Below are positions 40,701 through 49,879 of a stretch of 64,000 bases of DNA, in pieces. A program made the position numbers and the translations under genes. Source of the DNA: a bacterium (GTDB taxonomy: Bacteria; UBA8248); the NCBI GenBank assembly GCA_965213625.1, contig CBDBZU010000004.1, positions 1,408,001 through 1,472,000 on the forward strand, given 5' to 3'. Position 1 is the stretch's first letter. Each line of letters opens with the position of its first letter. The notes under the pieces were generated by a model, which worked only from the letters and a program-made list of their open reading frames with translations, had not been told where the DNA came from and did not search any database.

Positions 40701-41139
40701 GAGCGTCGCTTGCGCACGCACGCTCGGTTTGAGTCTCGAAGATGCGGGTCACGCCATGGGATTGATTCGAGATTCGATGGAGGAGGGGAGGATATTGGCG
40801 CGCGCGGCGGCGGCTACCAAGCGCTGGCGGGAGCTGTCCTTCACCTTCGAACTGGACGGGCGCGTTCTCCGGGGCGCCATCGACCTGGTGTTCGAAGAAG
40901 ACGGCAAACTCACGCTCGTGGACTTCAAGACGGATAAAGTCGAGGCGGGTGAAGCGGAGAAAAAAGCCTCGTTTTATCTGAATCAGGGTGGCGCCTACGT
41001 CATGGGCCTTGAGGCGGCGACGGGTCTCGAAGTGGGTGAGCTGGTGTTTTCTTTTCTGCGTCCGGGCGTCGATGTTTCCCGCCCCGTCGATGATGTGTTA
41101 AGAAAGCGCGTACGAGAAGCCGTGGCGGGAGCGCAGTAG
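37795..41139 (+). CDS. addA: AddA-like UvrD helicase with C-terminal nuclease
   Basis: AGAGTGKT, ITFT, STIHGF, VDEFQDT, VGDPKQSIYRFR, NFRS, TVHQAKGLEF, YVAATRA, GAIDL..DFKT. Confidence 0.88.
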   Translation: MSAQPRDQKQRDEAATWTRGPVLVEAGAGTGKTTLLVERILHLIRREGVRLDEIAAITFTRKATAQLKDRIRRRFLDVVAGEEDAATKARLQDALDNLESARISTIHGFALNILRAFSVEAGLRPDLGDVDEIEHDTRRDAAWRDWLTQALNSGDARLRNFLELGFPVADLEKIRDAMLDLPELREHFPRSHGASPVEIRASIADAFDAWAEVGRHCVNDEDKALIQLEKARSWLEGLSGLSQTELLRELWSPGFKLNKRVGSPGNWGDSTEEGRENLKLFRGEYDRFLQNSAKIIAHEVLAGLVPLVRGFVESFETEMREAGLLSYQDMLFLAAKLVRENPSVRGRIRESIRHFLVDEFQDTDPLQVELIFLLAGSGDAADWREVRMEDAKLFMVGDPKQSIYRFRRADIAIYHDVREMIDHLPNGRLLRIKENFRSTPGVVDFVNEAFSRVIVHDSGNPDVQPEYVELMAHRESADPAVFLFKTKEDGDEPAESGRVNEEQRRKNEAACLAAALRELVEDKRVEITDTDKNARRPVSFGDVAVLFRARTGYAQFEDAFRGAGVPFITDGGYGFYDKFEVGAVVSVLSAVARPGDPLALAAALRSPLYGFSDVETARYFLKRQEPPKELREAVREICLLHEAKKDAGVRAILEEVYRRTGAFELFLASSGGEQRVANLSKLLDMAHEFAAGGRRGVDAFAAHLEAQYELGRDAREPEAFQDARGGEAVRLMTVHQAKGLEFPVVALADLEGKDDQRSEARIANHERGNEAVDLHLGSGPRRLDSAGYVSALEREKGFHNAEIKRLWYVAATRAKDYLLWPESGFHGFMQSAGLLEVETAGVIREASASVLEVSPEEPREPESILRLGGAVFRPANGGSGSVAERRAVLDEKLKLLKKPVETPKPLAPSSLVKGFDEVEPAASTALYDEDAPQDIEVHAGGTAFGSLVHVILARLDPPDVACLERLRDESVACARTLGLSLEDAGHAMGLIRDSMEEGRILARAAAATKRWRELSFTFELDGRVLRGAIDLVFEEDGKLTLVDFKTDKVEAGEAEKKASFYLNQGGAYVMGLEAATGLEVGELVFSFLRPGVDVSRPVDDVLRKRVREAVAGAQ

Positions 41140-41188
41140 GGGGCTTAGCCGGGCTTCGGGATGTTCTGCTTATAAGGAGGAGATTTCC

Positions 41189-42307
41189 ATGAAAGTCGAA
41201 TCCATCGAGGTGTTCCGCGTCGATATGCCGATGCGGGATTTTTTCAAGAACGCGAACCACAACCACAACGTCCAGCCCTCGGTCGTCGTTCGTGTGACCT
41301 CCGACGACGGGTACTCGGGAATAGGCGACGTCGAACCCGTGGCGGGATACTCGGGCTTGAACCGCGATGATATCGCGGACGCGGTGGAGCAGAAGCTCGC
41401 GCCCGCTCTCATCGGCGCGAACCCCAGGGCGTCGCGCGAGATTACGCGGATGATGGATGAGGCCTGCGACGGCTTCTACGGCGGAAAGGGCGCCTTATCG
41501 CTCGCCATGGCGGACCTCCATGCAAAATATTTAAGCGTCCCGCTGTATGAGTTGCTCGGTGGCGCGGTGAAGAAAGAAGTGAGTTTCAACGCCTGGATAG
41601 GCATCAAGTCGCCTGAGGAAGCGGGGCGCGAGGCGCGGGGCTTTTACGAGCGCGGCTGGCGGGCCTGTAAGGTGAAGATGGGAGGAGAAGTGGCGTCGGA
41701 TGCCGCACGGGTGCTGGCCGTGCGGGAATCGACGGGGGATGATTTCGAGATACGAATCGACGCGAATGAATCCTACGGGAACGTGGAAGACGCCATTGCG
41801 CTGGCGCGCGAGGTGGAAGAGGCGGACATACACCACTTCGAGCAGCCCGTGCCGAGAACCGACATCGAGGGGCTCGCCCAAGTGCGCCGCTCCATCAACA
41901 TCCCCGTCATGGCGGATGAGTGCGTGTTCGGGCCGGAGAGCCTGCTCGAGATCATACGGGCCGAGGCCGCTGACATCGTCAAGGTCAAGATCATGAAGCA
42001 AGGCGGTCCCCTTCGCGTCAGGGATATGGTCGGCACGGCGGAGGCTGCCGGCATGAAAATGGTCATCGGACACGGGTTCGGTTTGTCGCCCTACACGCTG
42101 GGAGAAATCCACGTGGCGGCGACCTCGAACGCTTTCCTGGCGGCGATAGAATCCGTCGGCCCCGAGAAGATGCTGGACGACGTCGTGGATTCTCCGGTCG
42201 ACATGAGCACGGGGCGGCATGAGATTTCAGACGCCCCCGGGCTGGGGATCGTCCTGGATGAGAATAAACTCGACAAATACATGACACGGCAAGTGGTGAA
42301 GTTATAA
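41189..42307 (+). CDS. Enolase superfamily enzyme (muconate cycloisomerase/dipeptide epimerase subgroup)
   Basis: KVK, RIDANE, FEQP, MADE, KIMKQGG, PGLGI. Confidence 0.88.
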   Translation: MKVESIEVFRVDMPMRDFFKNANHNHNVQPSVVVRVTSDDGYSGIGDVEPVAGYSGLNRDDIADAVEQKLAPALIGANPRASREITRMMDEACDGFYGGKGALSLAMADLHAKYLSVPLYELLGGAVKKEVSFNAWIGIKSPEEAGREARGFYERGWRACKVKMGGEVASDAARVLAVRESTGDDFEIRIDANESYGNVEDAIALAREVEEADIHHFEQPVPRTDIEGLAQVRRSINIPVMADECVFGPESLLEIIRAEAADIVKVKIMKQGGPLRVRDMVGTAEAAGMKMVIGHGFGLSPYTLGEIHVAATSNAFLAAIESVGPEKMLDDVVDSPVDMSTGRHEISDAPGLGIVLDENKLDKYMTRQVVKL

Positions 42308-42374
42308 AGCGCGGGGGCTCGGTTTCCCCCGTCTTTATGTCGCGACACCTTTCACTTTCGATTGGACAATAGCG

Positions 42375-44420
42375 TTGCCATTTCCATTTCAGGAAGCGCT
42401 GTCATTCTCCGACCATCTCTTGGCGGGCGGGGTTGTATTTCTGTTCGCCCTGATGAGTGCGTGTGTCTGCGGCGGCTCGGTTTTCACCTTGCTCACGAAG
42501 TCTCGCGCAACGGAAAGCATGGACCCCAGATGGGACGACCTCGCCCTGCGGTGCGCGAAGTCGACGCGCGCTCTGGCTGCGTGGGCGGTATGTCCCCTGG
42601 GTCTTGGCCTTTGGGTCGTCATGATGGCCCAACGCCCCCGCATGATGGAACAACTCCATTTGATTTTCCTGGTTCCCGCCCTTCTGGGTTTATTGTTTTT
42701 TGCATTGGGTCTTTGTTTTTCGGGTCGATACATCTCCACTTGGGGAAGAGGTCGCCATGAAAGCCGGCTCGATTTGGCGTGGGGGGTTTTATCGGCGGTC
42801 GGCTTTTGGTGCGCGGCGGCCGTTTTGGTTTCTGTCTGCGCCTTTTCGGCGCACACGGGCGCATGGGCGGCGAAGCCTACACTCTGGAACGCATTTTGGA
42901 ATCCCGCCTTTCCCGCCGTATTCTTGACGTGGGCGGGGGTTTCGATATCGGCCTTCGGCGCTTTCGGCTTGCTCTACGCCGCGTCCCGAGATGACAGCGC
43001 ATGGCGTGTCGCCCTGGTGCATGAGATCGGCAAGTGGATGGTGGCGGGAGCCATTGTCGGTGTTCTTGGATGGGTATGGTGGGGGATTCGCCTGACGGAA
43101 AACATAAATCAAAATTTGGTGATTGGGCTGGTAGCGGCCGCTGTAGCGGCGCAGGCGGTCCTGGGGAGCATCGCATACAGGTGGGGCGTTCGCGACCCCG
43201 AAAGACGTCATCGAAGACATGCAGGCGCGGCTTCGCTGCTGGTAGTTCTCCTGCTGGCGACAAATGGGTGGATCTACGTGGAAGCGAAGGGGAATTTCCA
43301 GATCCATCAGTATATGTATCGCAACGGAATGATCATCGAAGAAGCGGAGGACGCGAATCGAACGGGTTTGTGGAATTTCGTGAATCTCGGCGAGCCCCGG
43401 CCGGCACAGGGGGAACTCGGCGCGTTCAGTTTCCGCGCGCAGTGTATGGCCTGCCATGCGGATTGGGTGAAGTCGCAGGACCCGGATCGGACCCCTGGTT
43501 TCAGGTTCGAGGGAGACGCGCTTCGGTTTCTTGGAGAGATGCGAACCAAACACCCCCCGTACCCTCTTTTGGCGGGTTTGCCCGAAGAGCGCCACGCCCT
43601 AGCGGCGTATCTGGAGGAGTTGATCACGAAATCGGGCGGAAATCTCGCGTCACGTCCCAAGTCGTCTCCTGCCAAACCGAAACAAGTGGTTCGCCCGGCG
43701 GTGGTCTCGAATACCTCTCCAGAGGATGCGGAAAAACCCTCGGAAAACACAGAGGTGAGCAAGGTGGATGAAGTGGAGAAGGGCGCTGCCGTGCCTGTTC
43801 TCAAGCCTTCCGACGCTGCGCAAGACGCAGAGAAATTACAAGAGCAGGAACAGGTAGGTTCCACCGTTTCCTCCACCCGTCCGAGCGACGCGCAGGATGC
43901 CGAAACCTCGGTGAGGGAAGAGGCCATCATCTCTCCTGCCGCTCCGCCGGATGATGCGGAAGACGGCGCAAAAGCCTTGGATGCAGAAAAGCCGCAGGAG
44001 AGGGGAGATGCTTCCCGTGTATCTTCCGACTCGCCGGATGAGGGACAGGACACCAGGAGCACAAAGGAAGCCAATCTGCCGACGGAGGAAGAAAGCGCTG
44101 CTGCCCAGCCTCTCGTTCCATCGAACGACACGCGAGGAGCCGGTGCCGGGGGTTCGGGGCAGACCGGAGGTTTGGAAGACAAGGGAGGTAATCCCGGTGT
44201 TTCTGTCATCCCGCCGACCGATGTGTCGGGCGCAGGGAAATCACGAGACATCGAAAAATCGGAAAATCAGGGGATAGTTGGCGCTGCATCTCCCGCTCCC
44301 TTGAACGGCGCGACGGACGCCAATAGCCCAGGTGACGGAGGAGGCGTTTCCGCCGCTCCTTCACCTCCGCCGGACGACTCACAAGACGCGAAAAAACAGG
44401 AAGAAAAGAATTCGCCATGA
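42375..44420 (+). CDS. Polytopic membrane protein (cytochrome bd subunit I-like) fused to monoheme cytochrome c, with low-complexity tail
   Basis: About 9 TM segments, W.AFWNP.FP, YMYRNG, CMACH, EERHALAAYL; start uncertain (TTG). Confidence 0.65.
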   Translation: MPFPFQEALSFSDHLLAGGVVFLFALMSACVCGGSVFTLLTKSRATESMDPRWDDLALRCAKSTRALAAWAVCPLGLGLWVVMMAQRPRMMEQLHLIFLVPALLGLLFFALGLCFSGRYISTWGRGRHESRLDLAWGVLSAVGFWCAAAVLVSVCAFSAHTGAWAAKPTLWNAFWNPAFPAVFLTWAGVSISAFGAFGLLYAASRDDSAWRVALVHEIGKWMVAGAIVGVLGWVWWGIRLTENINQNLVIGLVAAAVAAQAVLGSIAYRWGVRDPERRHRRHAGAASLLVVLLLATNGWIYVEAKGNFQIHQYMYRNGMIIEEAEDANRTGLWNFVNLGEPRPAQGELGAFSFRAQCMACHADWVKSQDPDRTPGFRFEGDALRFLGEMRTKHPPYPLLAGLPEERHALAAYLEELITKSGGNLASRPKSSPAKPKQVVRPAVVSNTSPEDAEKPSENTEVSKVDEVEKGAAVPVLKPSDAAQDAEKLQEQEQVGSTVSSTRPSDAQDAETSVREEAIISPAAPPDDAEDGAKALDAEKPQERGDASRVSSDSPDEGQDTRSTKEANLPTEEESAAAQPLVPSNDTRGAGAGGSGQTGGLEDKGGNPGVSVIPPTDVSGAGKSRDIEKSENQGIVGAASPAPLNGATDANSPGDGGGVSAAPSPPPDDSQDAKKQEEKNSP

Positions 44421-45415
44421 ACGTATTGACTCCCGAATCGAGTGAGTGGCTCGTAGTTCTGCTGGGCTCCGTCTTGTGGCTGTGCGCGGGCGTGAGCTTC
44501 TCCCTTCCGTGGTTTTCCGCGCATCTCGCGTTCTGGGGGTGGCGAGAGAGCAACGATGACGACGTCGCATTCGCGCGCCGCCTCTCGGACCTGTGTCTGG
44601 CTTCTCTCCTTCCCGTATTTCTCATCGGGGCGGCGCTCTCCTTGATTGCGTCCACGATGCAGCCGGCCGTATTTTTCACCTCCGTGATCGCGCTGTTTCG
44701 CCCGCTGGGTGCGTTGCCGCTCTTGTTGTTCGTTTTCGTGGTTGTCGTATTCGCCCATTCGAGACATACGGGACGGGGTTCGAAATTCTCATTCGCGCAC
44801 CTGATGATGGTTCCGGCAGGCGTCTTGATGTTGGTATGCGCAGGGGTCGTTTGGATGTTCACGCTTTCCTATATGGGTATGACTCCCCTCGATTTCGAAG
44901 CAGTGTGGAATTGGCGCAATTGGGCGCATACCTCATTTTGGTGGCCCGTGGCGCATTTCTATCTTTCGGCGTTTTCTGTCGGCGGCCTCGTCCTTATGCT
45001 TATGGGGGGTAGGGCTTTCAGGTGGGAGAGTTCCGTTTCCGTGTCGAACGGAGCGCGGTGGGTTCGCCTCGGCGCCAGGTTCTCCTTGTGTTTTCTGATG
45101 ATCCAGGCAGGATTGGTAGGCGGCTGGTTTTTCTTCAGGGGCTCTGATTTCATGGCAGGCATGCTGGCGTCAGGCGGCTCGCCTTTCGTGACATTACTCA
45201 TCATCGGCGCCGTATGCGTCGTATTGTTGTTCGAGTTGCTGCTCGGCGCGCTCAGGCGGGGCGGAAGCGTGCGAATGAGCGGTTCTTTCGCTATCTTTCT
45301 CGTTTTTATCCTGGTGTTGTCCGTGAATTCGGCTAGATTGACCTTGAATCAGAATGATTTCTCTCTTTCCGGGCCGAGCGATTCTTTCGGGCGGTCCCAG
45401 GGCCACTCGCGTTGA
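44417..45415 (+). CDS. Polytopic membrane partner of the preceding cytochrome
   Basis: About 8 TM segments, WP..HF.L....VGG motif, 4-nt overlap. Confidence 0.65.
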   Translation: MNVLTPESSEWLVVLLGSVLWLCAGVSFSLPWFSAHLAFWGWRESNDDDVAFARRLSDLCLASLLPVFLIGAALSLIASTMQPAVFFTSVIALFRPLGALPLLLFVFVVVVFAHSRHTGRGSKFSFAHLMMVPAGVLMLVCAGVVWMFTLSYMGMTPLDFEAVWNWRNWAHTSFWWPVAHFYLSAFSVGGLVLMLMGGRAFRWESSVSVSNGARWVRLGARFSLCFLMIQAGLVGGWFFFRGSDFMAGMLASGGSPFVTLLIIGAVCVVLLFELLLGALRRGGSVRMSGSFAIFLVFILVLSVNSARLTLNQNDFSLSGPSDSFGRSQGHSR

Positions 45416-46365
45416 TCGTCGATATTTGCAGCTTCTTGCCTGTCGCGGAGTCCTACCGCGCCCGCCTGCTGGGCTGGGCTTCCATTCCCGGTTATTTGAA
45501 GATGTTCGCGAAGGGCTTGAGCGCTTTTTGCGGGGTGGAGGAAGAGGAGTTTCGTCGCAGGGTGGTGGGGACGAAGCGAGAGGATATCCACGGATTCATC
45601 GATGAGATTTCAACGAAGCTCGGGCGGCCAATTGATGAGTTCATCACGCTTCTGGATGCGGCAGGCTACGACAAGGCGGTCGTTTTCAGTATCGACCAGG
45701 AGAGCACCACCGGCGTCTCGCCGCTCGACCCGAACGTTCTCGCCGATGCGGTGGATTCGTATCCGGAGCGCATCCTGGCCTTTCAAGGCGTCGACCCGAA
45801 CAAGGACGACGCGGCGATCGCGCTGGAAAAAGGCGTGCGCGATCTTGGACTGCACGGGGCGTTTCTCGTTCCCTTTCTTCATCTCCTGCCCGCCGACGCG
45901 CCGGAGTATCGCCCCATATACCAGAAGTGCCTCGAGTTGGACGTTCCCGTATGGATTCACACTTCGGTAAACTGGGCGCCCGCTCATCCCATGGAACTCG
46001 GCAGACCCCTCGTCCTGGACAGGCTATGCGGCGAGATGCCGGACTTGAAGGTAATCGCGGGCCACGGCGGTTGGCCCTGGGTGCCGGAGATGGTCGCCGC
46101 CGCCTGGCGGCACCCGAATCTCTATATCGACCCCTCGGGCCACCGTTGGAAGTATTTCACGACACCTCATTCCGGCTGGGAGATGCTCCTTCATTTCGGC
46201 AATTCCACGATACAGGATAAAATCCTGTTTGGGACAGATTGGCCGCTTCTGCCGATATCCCTCGGAGAAATTCTCGAAGAAGCGAGGGACCTCCCCCTGA
46301 AGCCGGCCGTCATGGAAAAATGGCTGGGAGGGAACGCGGCGCGATTGCTGGGGCTTGATGAATGA
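45412..46365 (+). CDS. Amidohydrolase_2 family protein
   Basis: PVWIHT, GHGGWPW, HPNLYID, LFGTDWP, GGNAARL. Confidence 0.9.
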   Translation: MIVDICSFLPVAESYRARLLGWASIPGYLKMFAKGLSAFCGVEEEEFRRRVVGTKREDIHGFIDEISTKLGRPIDEFITLLDAAGYDKAVVFSIDQESTTGVSPLDPNVLADAVDSYPERILAFQGVDPNKDDAAIALEKGVRDLGLHGAFLVPFLHLLPADAPEYRPIYQKCLELDVPVWIHTSVNWAPAHPMELGRPLVLDRLCGEMPDLKVIAGHGGWPWVPEMVAAAWRHPNLYIDPSGHRWKYFTTPHSGWEMLLHFGNSTIQDKILFGTDWPLLPISLGEILEEARDLPLKPAVMEKWLGGNAARLLGLDE

Positions 46366-47569
46366 TCGAAGAAAACATGAACTGGCGCTCCATATTGGGG
46401 GCCGCCTGCTTCATCATTTTCGCCGTTTTTGGTTCACTGGTGTCGACGAGCGGACTCATCGGCTTCATCCGGAATGATTTGAACTTATCCTACGGCGCAG
46501 GCGGTTTTCTGCTGTCTGCCCCGTTTCCGTTAATAGCGTTTTTCGCGATCGCCGGGGGCCGGCTGGTCGATCGGCTCGGTGTCAAGAAGATGGTCCTGAG
46601 CGGTGTTTTCCTCACTTTGCTGGGAGGAGTCGTCCGCCTATCGAGCGGAGATTTCTGGTCGCTCGCTTTTGGAATCGCGCTCGTGGGTGCGGGCACGGGC
46701 TGGTGTTTCCCGTCATGCCCAAAGTGGTGGGGACGATAGTTCCGGTAGAGCGCAACGAGTTCGGCTCCGCCTTGTATACGGCTTCTATCATCGCGGGCGC
46801 TGGTTTGGGCGTCGCGGCCTCGCACTTTATGGCACCGGCCGCAGGGGTTTTGCCCGCATCATGGGGCGGGAGCGTCTGGCGCGGCGGTTTTCTGGGCTGG
46901 GCGCTCGTTTTGGTCCTGGCGTTCATCGTCTGGCGAAGAAATTCCGCCTCGATCACGGTAGATTTAAGCTCAGAATCCGTCTCGGCCCAGAGCGGTGTGG
47001 TGTATCGGCTCCTCGCCGTCTGGGCGGTAGCCGGCTCTTTGTTCGTCAATAACATCGTTTTTTATACGAGTCTGGGCTGGCTGGCCACGGTTCTGATGAC
47101 GAAAGGCTGGTCGCAGGCGAACGCCGCGCTTATCGTTTCGATTTTGCCTTTACTCGGAATTTTTGCTTCCCTGAGCGCGCATAAAATGGCGTTGGCCATA
47201 GGCGGCGAGCGGGTCATGATGGTTTTATGCGGATTGCTCACGGCCATGGTGCTTGCCCTGATGCCGGCGGGAAACGCTTGGGTCGCGGCGATGGGAACCG
47301 CCGTTTTGGGTTTGACTACGAATTGCTGGTTCTTGTTCTGCCTGGCGTATCCCGCGCAGTACGTGGAGAAAAGTCAGGTGGGCCGGGCGGGCGGTCTGAT
47401 CATCGGCATGGGGTATCTGGGTGGTTTTGTCGGGCCCTGGACGATTGGCGCGATGAGGGACTGGGCCGGGTCGTTCGGCCCGGGTTTATATACGTTGGCG
47501 ATCGTATCGATCCTCGGGATATCTTGCGCTCCGTTTTTCGGAAGATATGCCGAACAAAGCAGAGGATAG
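46362..47569 (+). pseudogene. MFS transporter (CynX-like) split by a 1-nt frameshift near 46700
   Basis: ORFs 46362-46739 and 46703-47569 join into one ~402-aa MFS if one base is added (GTG-L-VFPVMP); GRLVDRLG motif A present. Confidence 0.75.
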
Positions 47570-47575
47570 GGCGTT

Positions 47576-48823
47576 TTGGATATCACGTCTCAGCGTTTGA
47601 AGCTAAGACCCGTGGAGGCCACCTCTGCGGAGCATCGGGGACAGCGAATGTTGAGGCTCACCGATCCGCTTCGTCTCAGCGAGGCGGTTCTTTTTGCGCC
47701 CATGGCGTTGGTTCCTGTGCTGAGCCTGCTCAACGGGCGCCACACGTTTGAGGATATCAGGGAGCAATGCAAATCCCGCCACGGAATGGACGTCACTGAA
47801 GAAAGCTACCGGGCGATGGTGTCCCGGCTCGAGGAGGCGCATTTCCTCGAAGGAGACGGTTTCAACGCCTGGAGCGTATCGCTCAAGGATGATTTCTTGA
47901 ATGCTCCGGTGCGCCCAAGTTTTCTGGCGGGAAAAAGTTACGATGCGGACCCGGCGCCTCTGCGCTCTCAAATCGATGGTTTTTTCACGGATGCGGATGG
48001 CCCCGGGCGTCTTGCGGAAAATTCCTCGGCCCCTGCTGAACCGCTTCGCGGGGTAGTCGCGCCTCATATCGATTTTCATCGCGGCGGCGCCACATTTGCG
48101 TGGGCTTATAAATCAATCGCAGAGCGAGCCGATTCTGATTTATTCGTCGTTCTCGGTACGGTCCACGCTCCGACGAAGTACATCTACAACCTCACTGCCA
48201 AATCTTTCGAGACGCCCTTCGGGGTTTTGGAGGCGAATGAGGAACTCGTGGAGGAGATCTCGGGGAAGCTGGAGGTAGATCCCTTTCAGGATGAATTCGT
48301 GCATCGCGGCGAGCACTCTATCGAGTTTCAGGCGGTTTTTCTGCAGTATCTCTTTGCCGACGTCCGACCGGTCCGGTTCGTCCCCATCCTGGTGGGTTCA
48401 TTCCACCGGTTCGTTGCGGAGGGGCGATCCCCACAGGGTGATGCGCAGGTGGAGAGTTTCGTCGCCGCGCTGAGAGAGGCGATAGTGGCGTACCGGCAAA
48501 CAGGGGGAAAGGTATGTCTCATAGCGAGCGTGGATTTCGCCCACGTCGGTCCCCAGTTCGGCGATGAAAACCCCGTGGATGAGGCGCGATTGGAAGAACT
48601 CGCGCAAGCGGACGGGAAATCCCTGGAAGCTGTGTGCAGCGGGGATGCGGAGGCGTTTTACTGGAGCGTGGCGGAGGATGGGGATGCGAGAAACGTTTGC
48701 GGGCTGGCGCCCATCTACACCATGTTGCGCGTTATGGATGACTGCGCGGGAGAAGTGCTGCGCTATTCGCAGTGGCCGGACCCGAACGGTACGGTCACTT
48801 TTTCGAGCGTCGCTTTGACTTAA
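47576..48823 (+). CDS. AmmeMemoRadiSam system protein B (MEMO1 family), long form
   Basis: RP...AG.SY, VAPHID, LGTVH, HRGEHSIEFQ, ASVDFAHVG, VCGLAP. Confidence 0.88.
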   Translation: MDITSQRLKLRPVEATSAEHRGQRMLRLTDPLRLSEAVLFAPMALVPVLSLLNGRHTFEDIREQCKSRHGMDVTEESYRAMVSRLEEAHFLEGDGFNAWSVSLKDDFLNAPVRPSFLAGKSYDADPAPLRSQIDGFFTDADGPGRLAENSSAPAEPLRGVVAPHIDFHRGGATFAWAYKSIAERADSDLFVVLGTVHAPTKYIYNLTAKSFETPFGVLEANEELVEEISGKLEVDPFQDEFVHRGEHSIEFQAVFLQYLFADVRPVRFVPILVGSFHRFVAEGRSPQGDAQVESFVAALREAIVAYRQTGGKVCLIASVDFAHVGPQFGDENPVDEARLEELAQADGKSLEAVCSGDAEAFYWSVAEDGDARNVCGLAPIYTMLRVMDDCAGEVLRYSQWPDPNGTVTFSSVALT

Positions 48824-48870
48824 TATGTCTTGGTTTCCAGGAATCTTGAATCACAGAGGAGAGAGAATCG

Positions 48871-49860
48871 TTGCTTTATTTGAGTGAGTCCGACGTCAAG
48901 AGTCTGGTGAACATGTCCGATGTCATGGACGTGGTGGAGAAATGCTTCAAGGCCCAGGGAGAGGGTCGCGCGCCGAATCAGCCAAGGCGGCGGGTTTTTC
49001 TGCCCAAGGGCACGATGCACGTCATGTTCGGCGGCATGGTGGATGAAAACGAGGGCTATCTGGGTCTCAAGGCCTACACCACGTTTCCGGGCATCGGCGT
49101 GCGCTTCATCTTTTTGCTGTGGGATGCGAATACGTCCGAGATGCTCTCGCTCATGGAGGCCAATATACAGGGGCAGATGCGCACCGGGGCGGCAAGCGGC
49201 GTGGCTGCGAAATACATGGCGAGAGAAGACGCGGCGGTAGCCGGGTTGATCGGCACGGGGTGGCAGGCGAGGTCCCAACTGGAAGCGCTGTGCTGCGCGC
49301 GGGAACTCGAGGTCGTGAAAGTACACAGCCGGAGGCCGGAGAAAAGAGAAAAATTTGTCAGCGCGATGCAGGGCAGGGTGAACGCTGAGCTCGTTCCGGT
49401 GGAATCGGCGAGCGAGGCGGTAAAAGGCTCGCAGATCGTTTGCACTATCACCACGGCGCGCGAACCGGTATTCGACGGCAACGATCTGGAGCCGGGTACG
49501 ACGGTCATCGCGGCGGGCTCGAACCGAATCACGAACCGCGAGGTGGACGATGAGACCTTCCGCCGCGCGGCGAAAGGCAGAATCGTGACGGATAACCTCG
49601 AGGGCGCCGAATTCGAGAGCGGTGATCTGGTCGGCGCCATTCGCGCGAACGTCATCCAGTGGGGCCAGGTCTCGGAGGTCGGGTTAGTAGCGACGGGCGC
49701 CATGCCCGGCCGCGCGTCCGATGATGAGATCAACCTGTTCCTGAGCCAGGGGGTCGCGATTGAAGACGTGGCCCTGGGCGCGGAACTCTATCGGCGCGCC
49801 AAAGCGCAGGGCGTGGGCGCGCCACTCCCCGTGGAGGGGTTTTTCAAGAAGGCGACTTGA
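48871..49860 (+). CDS. Ornithine cyclodeaminase/mu-crystallin family protein
   Basis: MRTGAASGVA, IGTGWQA, SQGVAIED. Confidence 0.9.
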   Translation: MLYLSESDVKSLVNMSDVMDVVEKCFKAQGEGRAPNQPRRRVFLPKGTMHVMFGGMVDENEGYLGLKAYTTFPGIGVRFIFLLWDANTSEMLSLMEANIQGQMRTGAASGVAAKYMAREDAAVAGLIGTGWQARSQLEALCCARELEVVKVHSRRPEKREKFVSAMQGRVNAELVPVESASEAVKGSQIVCTITTAREPVFDGNDLEPGTTVIAAGSNRITNREVDDETFRRAAKGRIVTDNLEGAEFESGDLVGAIRANVIQWGQVSEVGLVATGAMPGRASDDEINLFLSQGVAIEDVALGAELYRRAKAQGVGAPLPVEGFFKKAT

Positions 49861-49879
49861 GACTTTCAGGCGCGGCCAC

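Noticed and set aside
34571-41139. Novel helicase-nuclease defence system or Cas4 fusion
   Set aside because: Architecture, Fe-S cysteines and gene overlap match housekeeping AddAB
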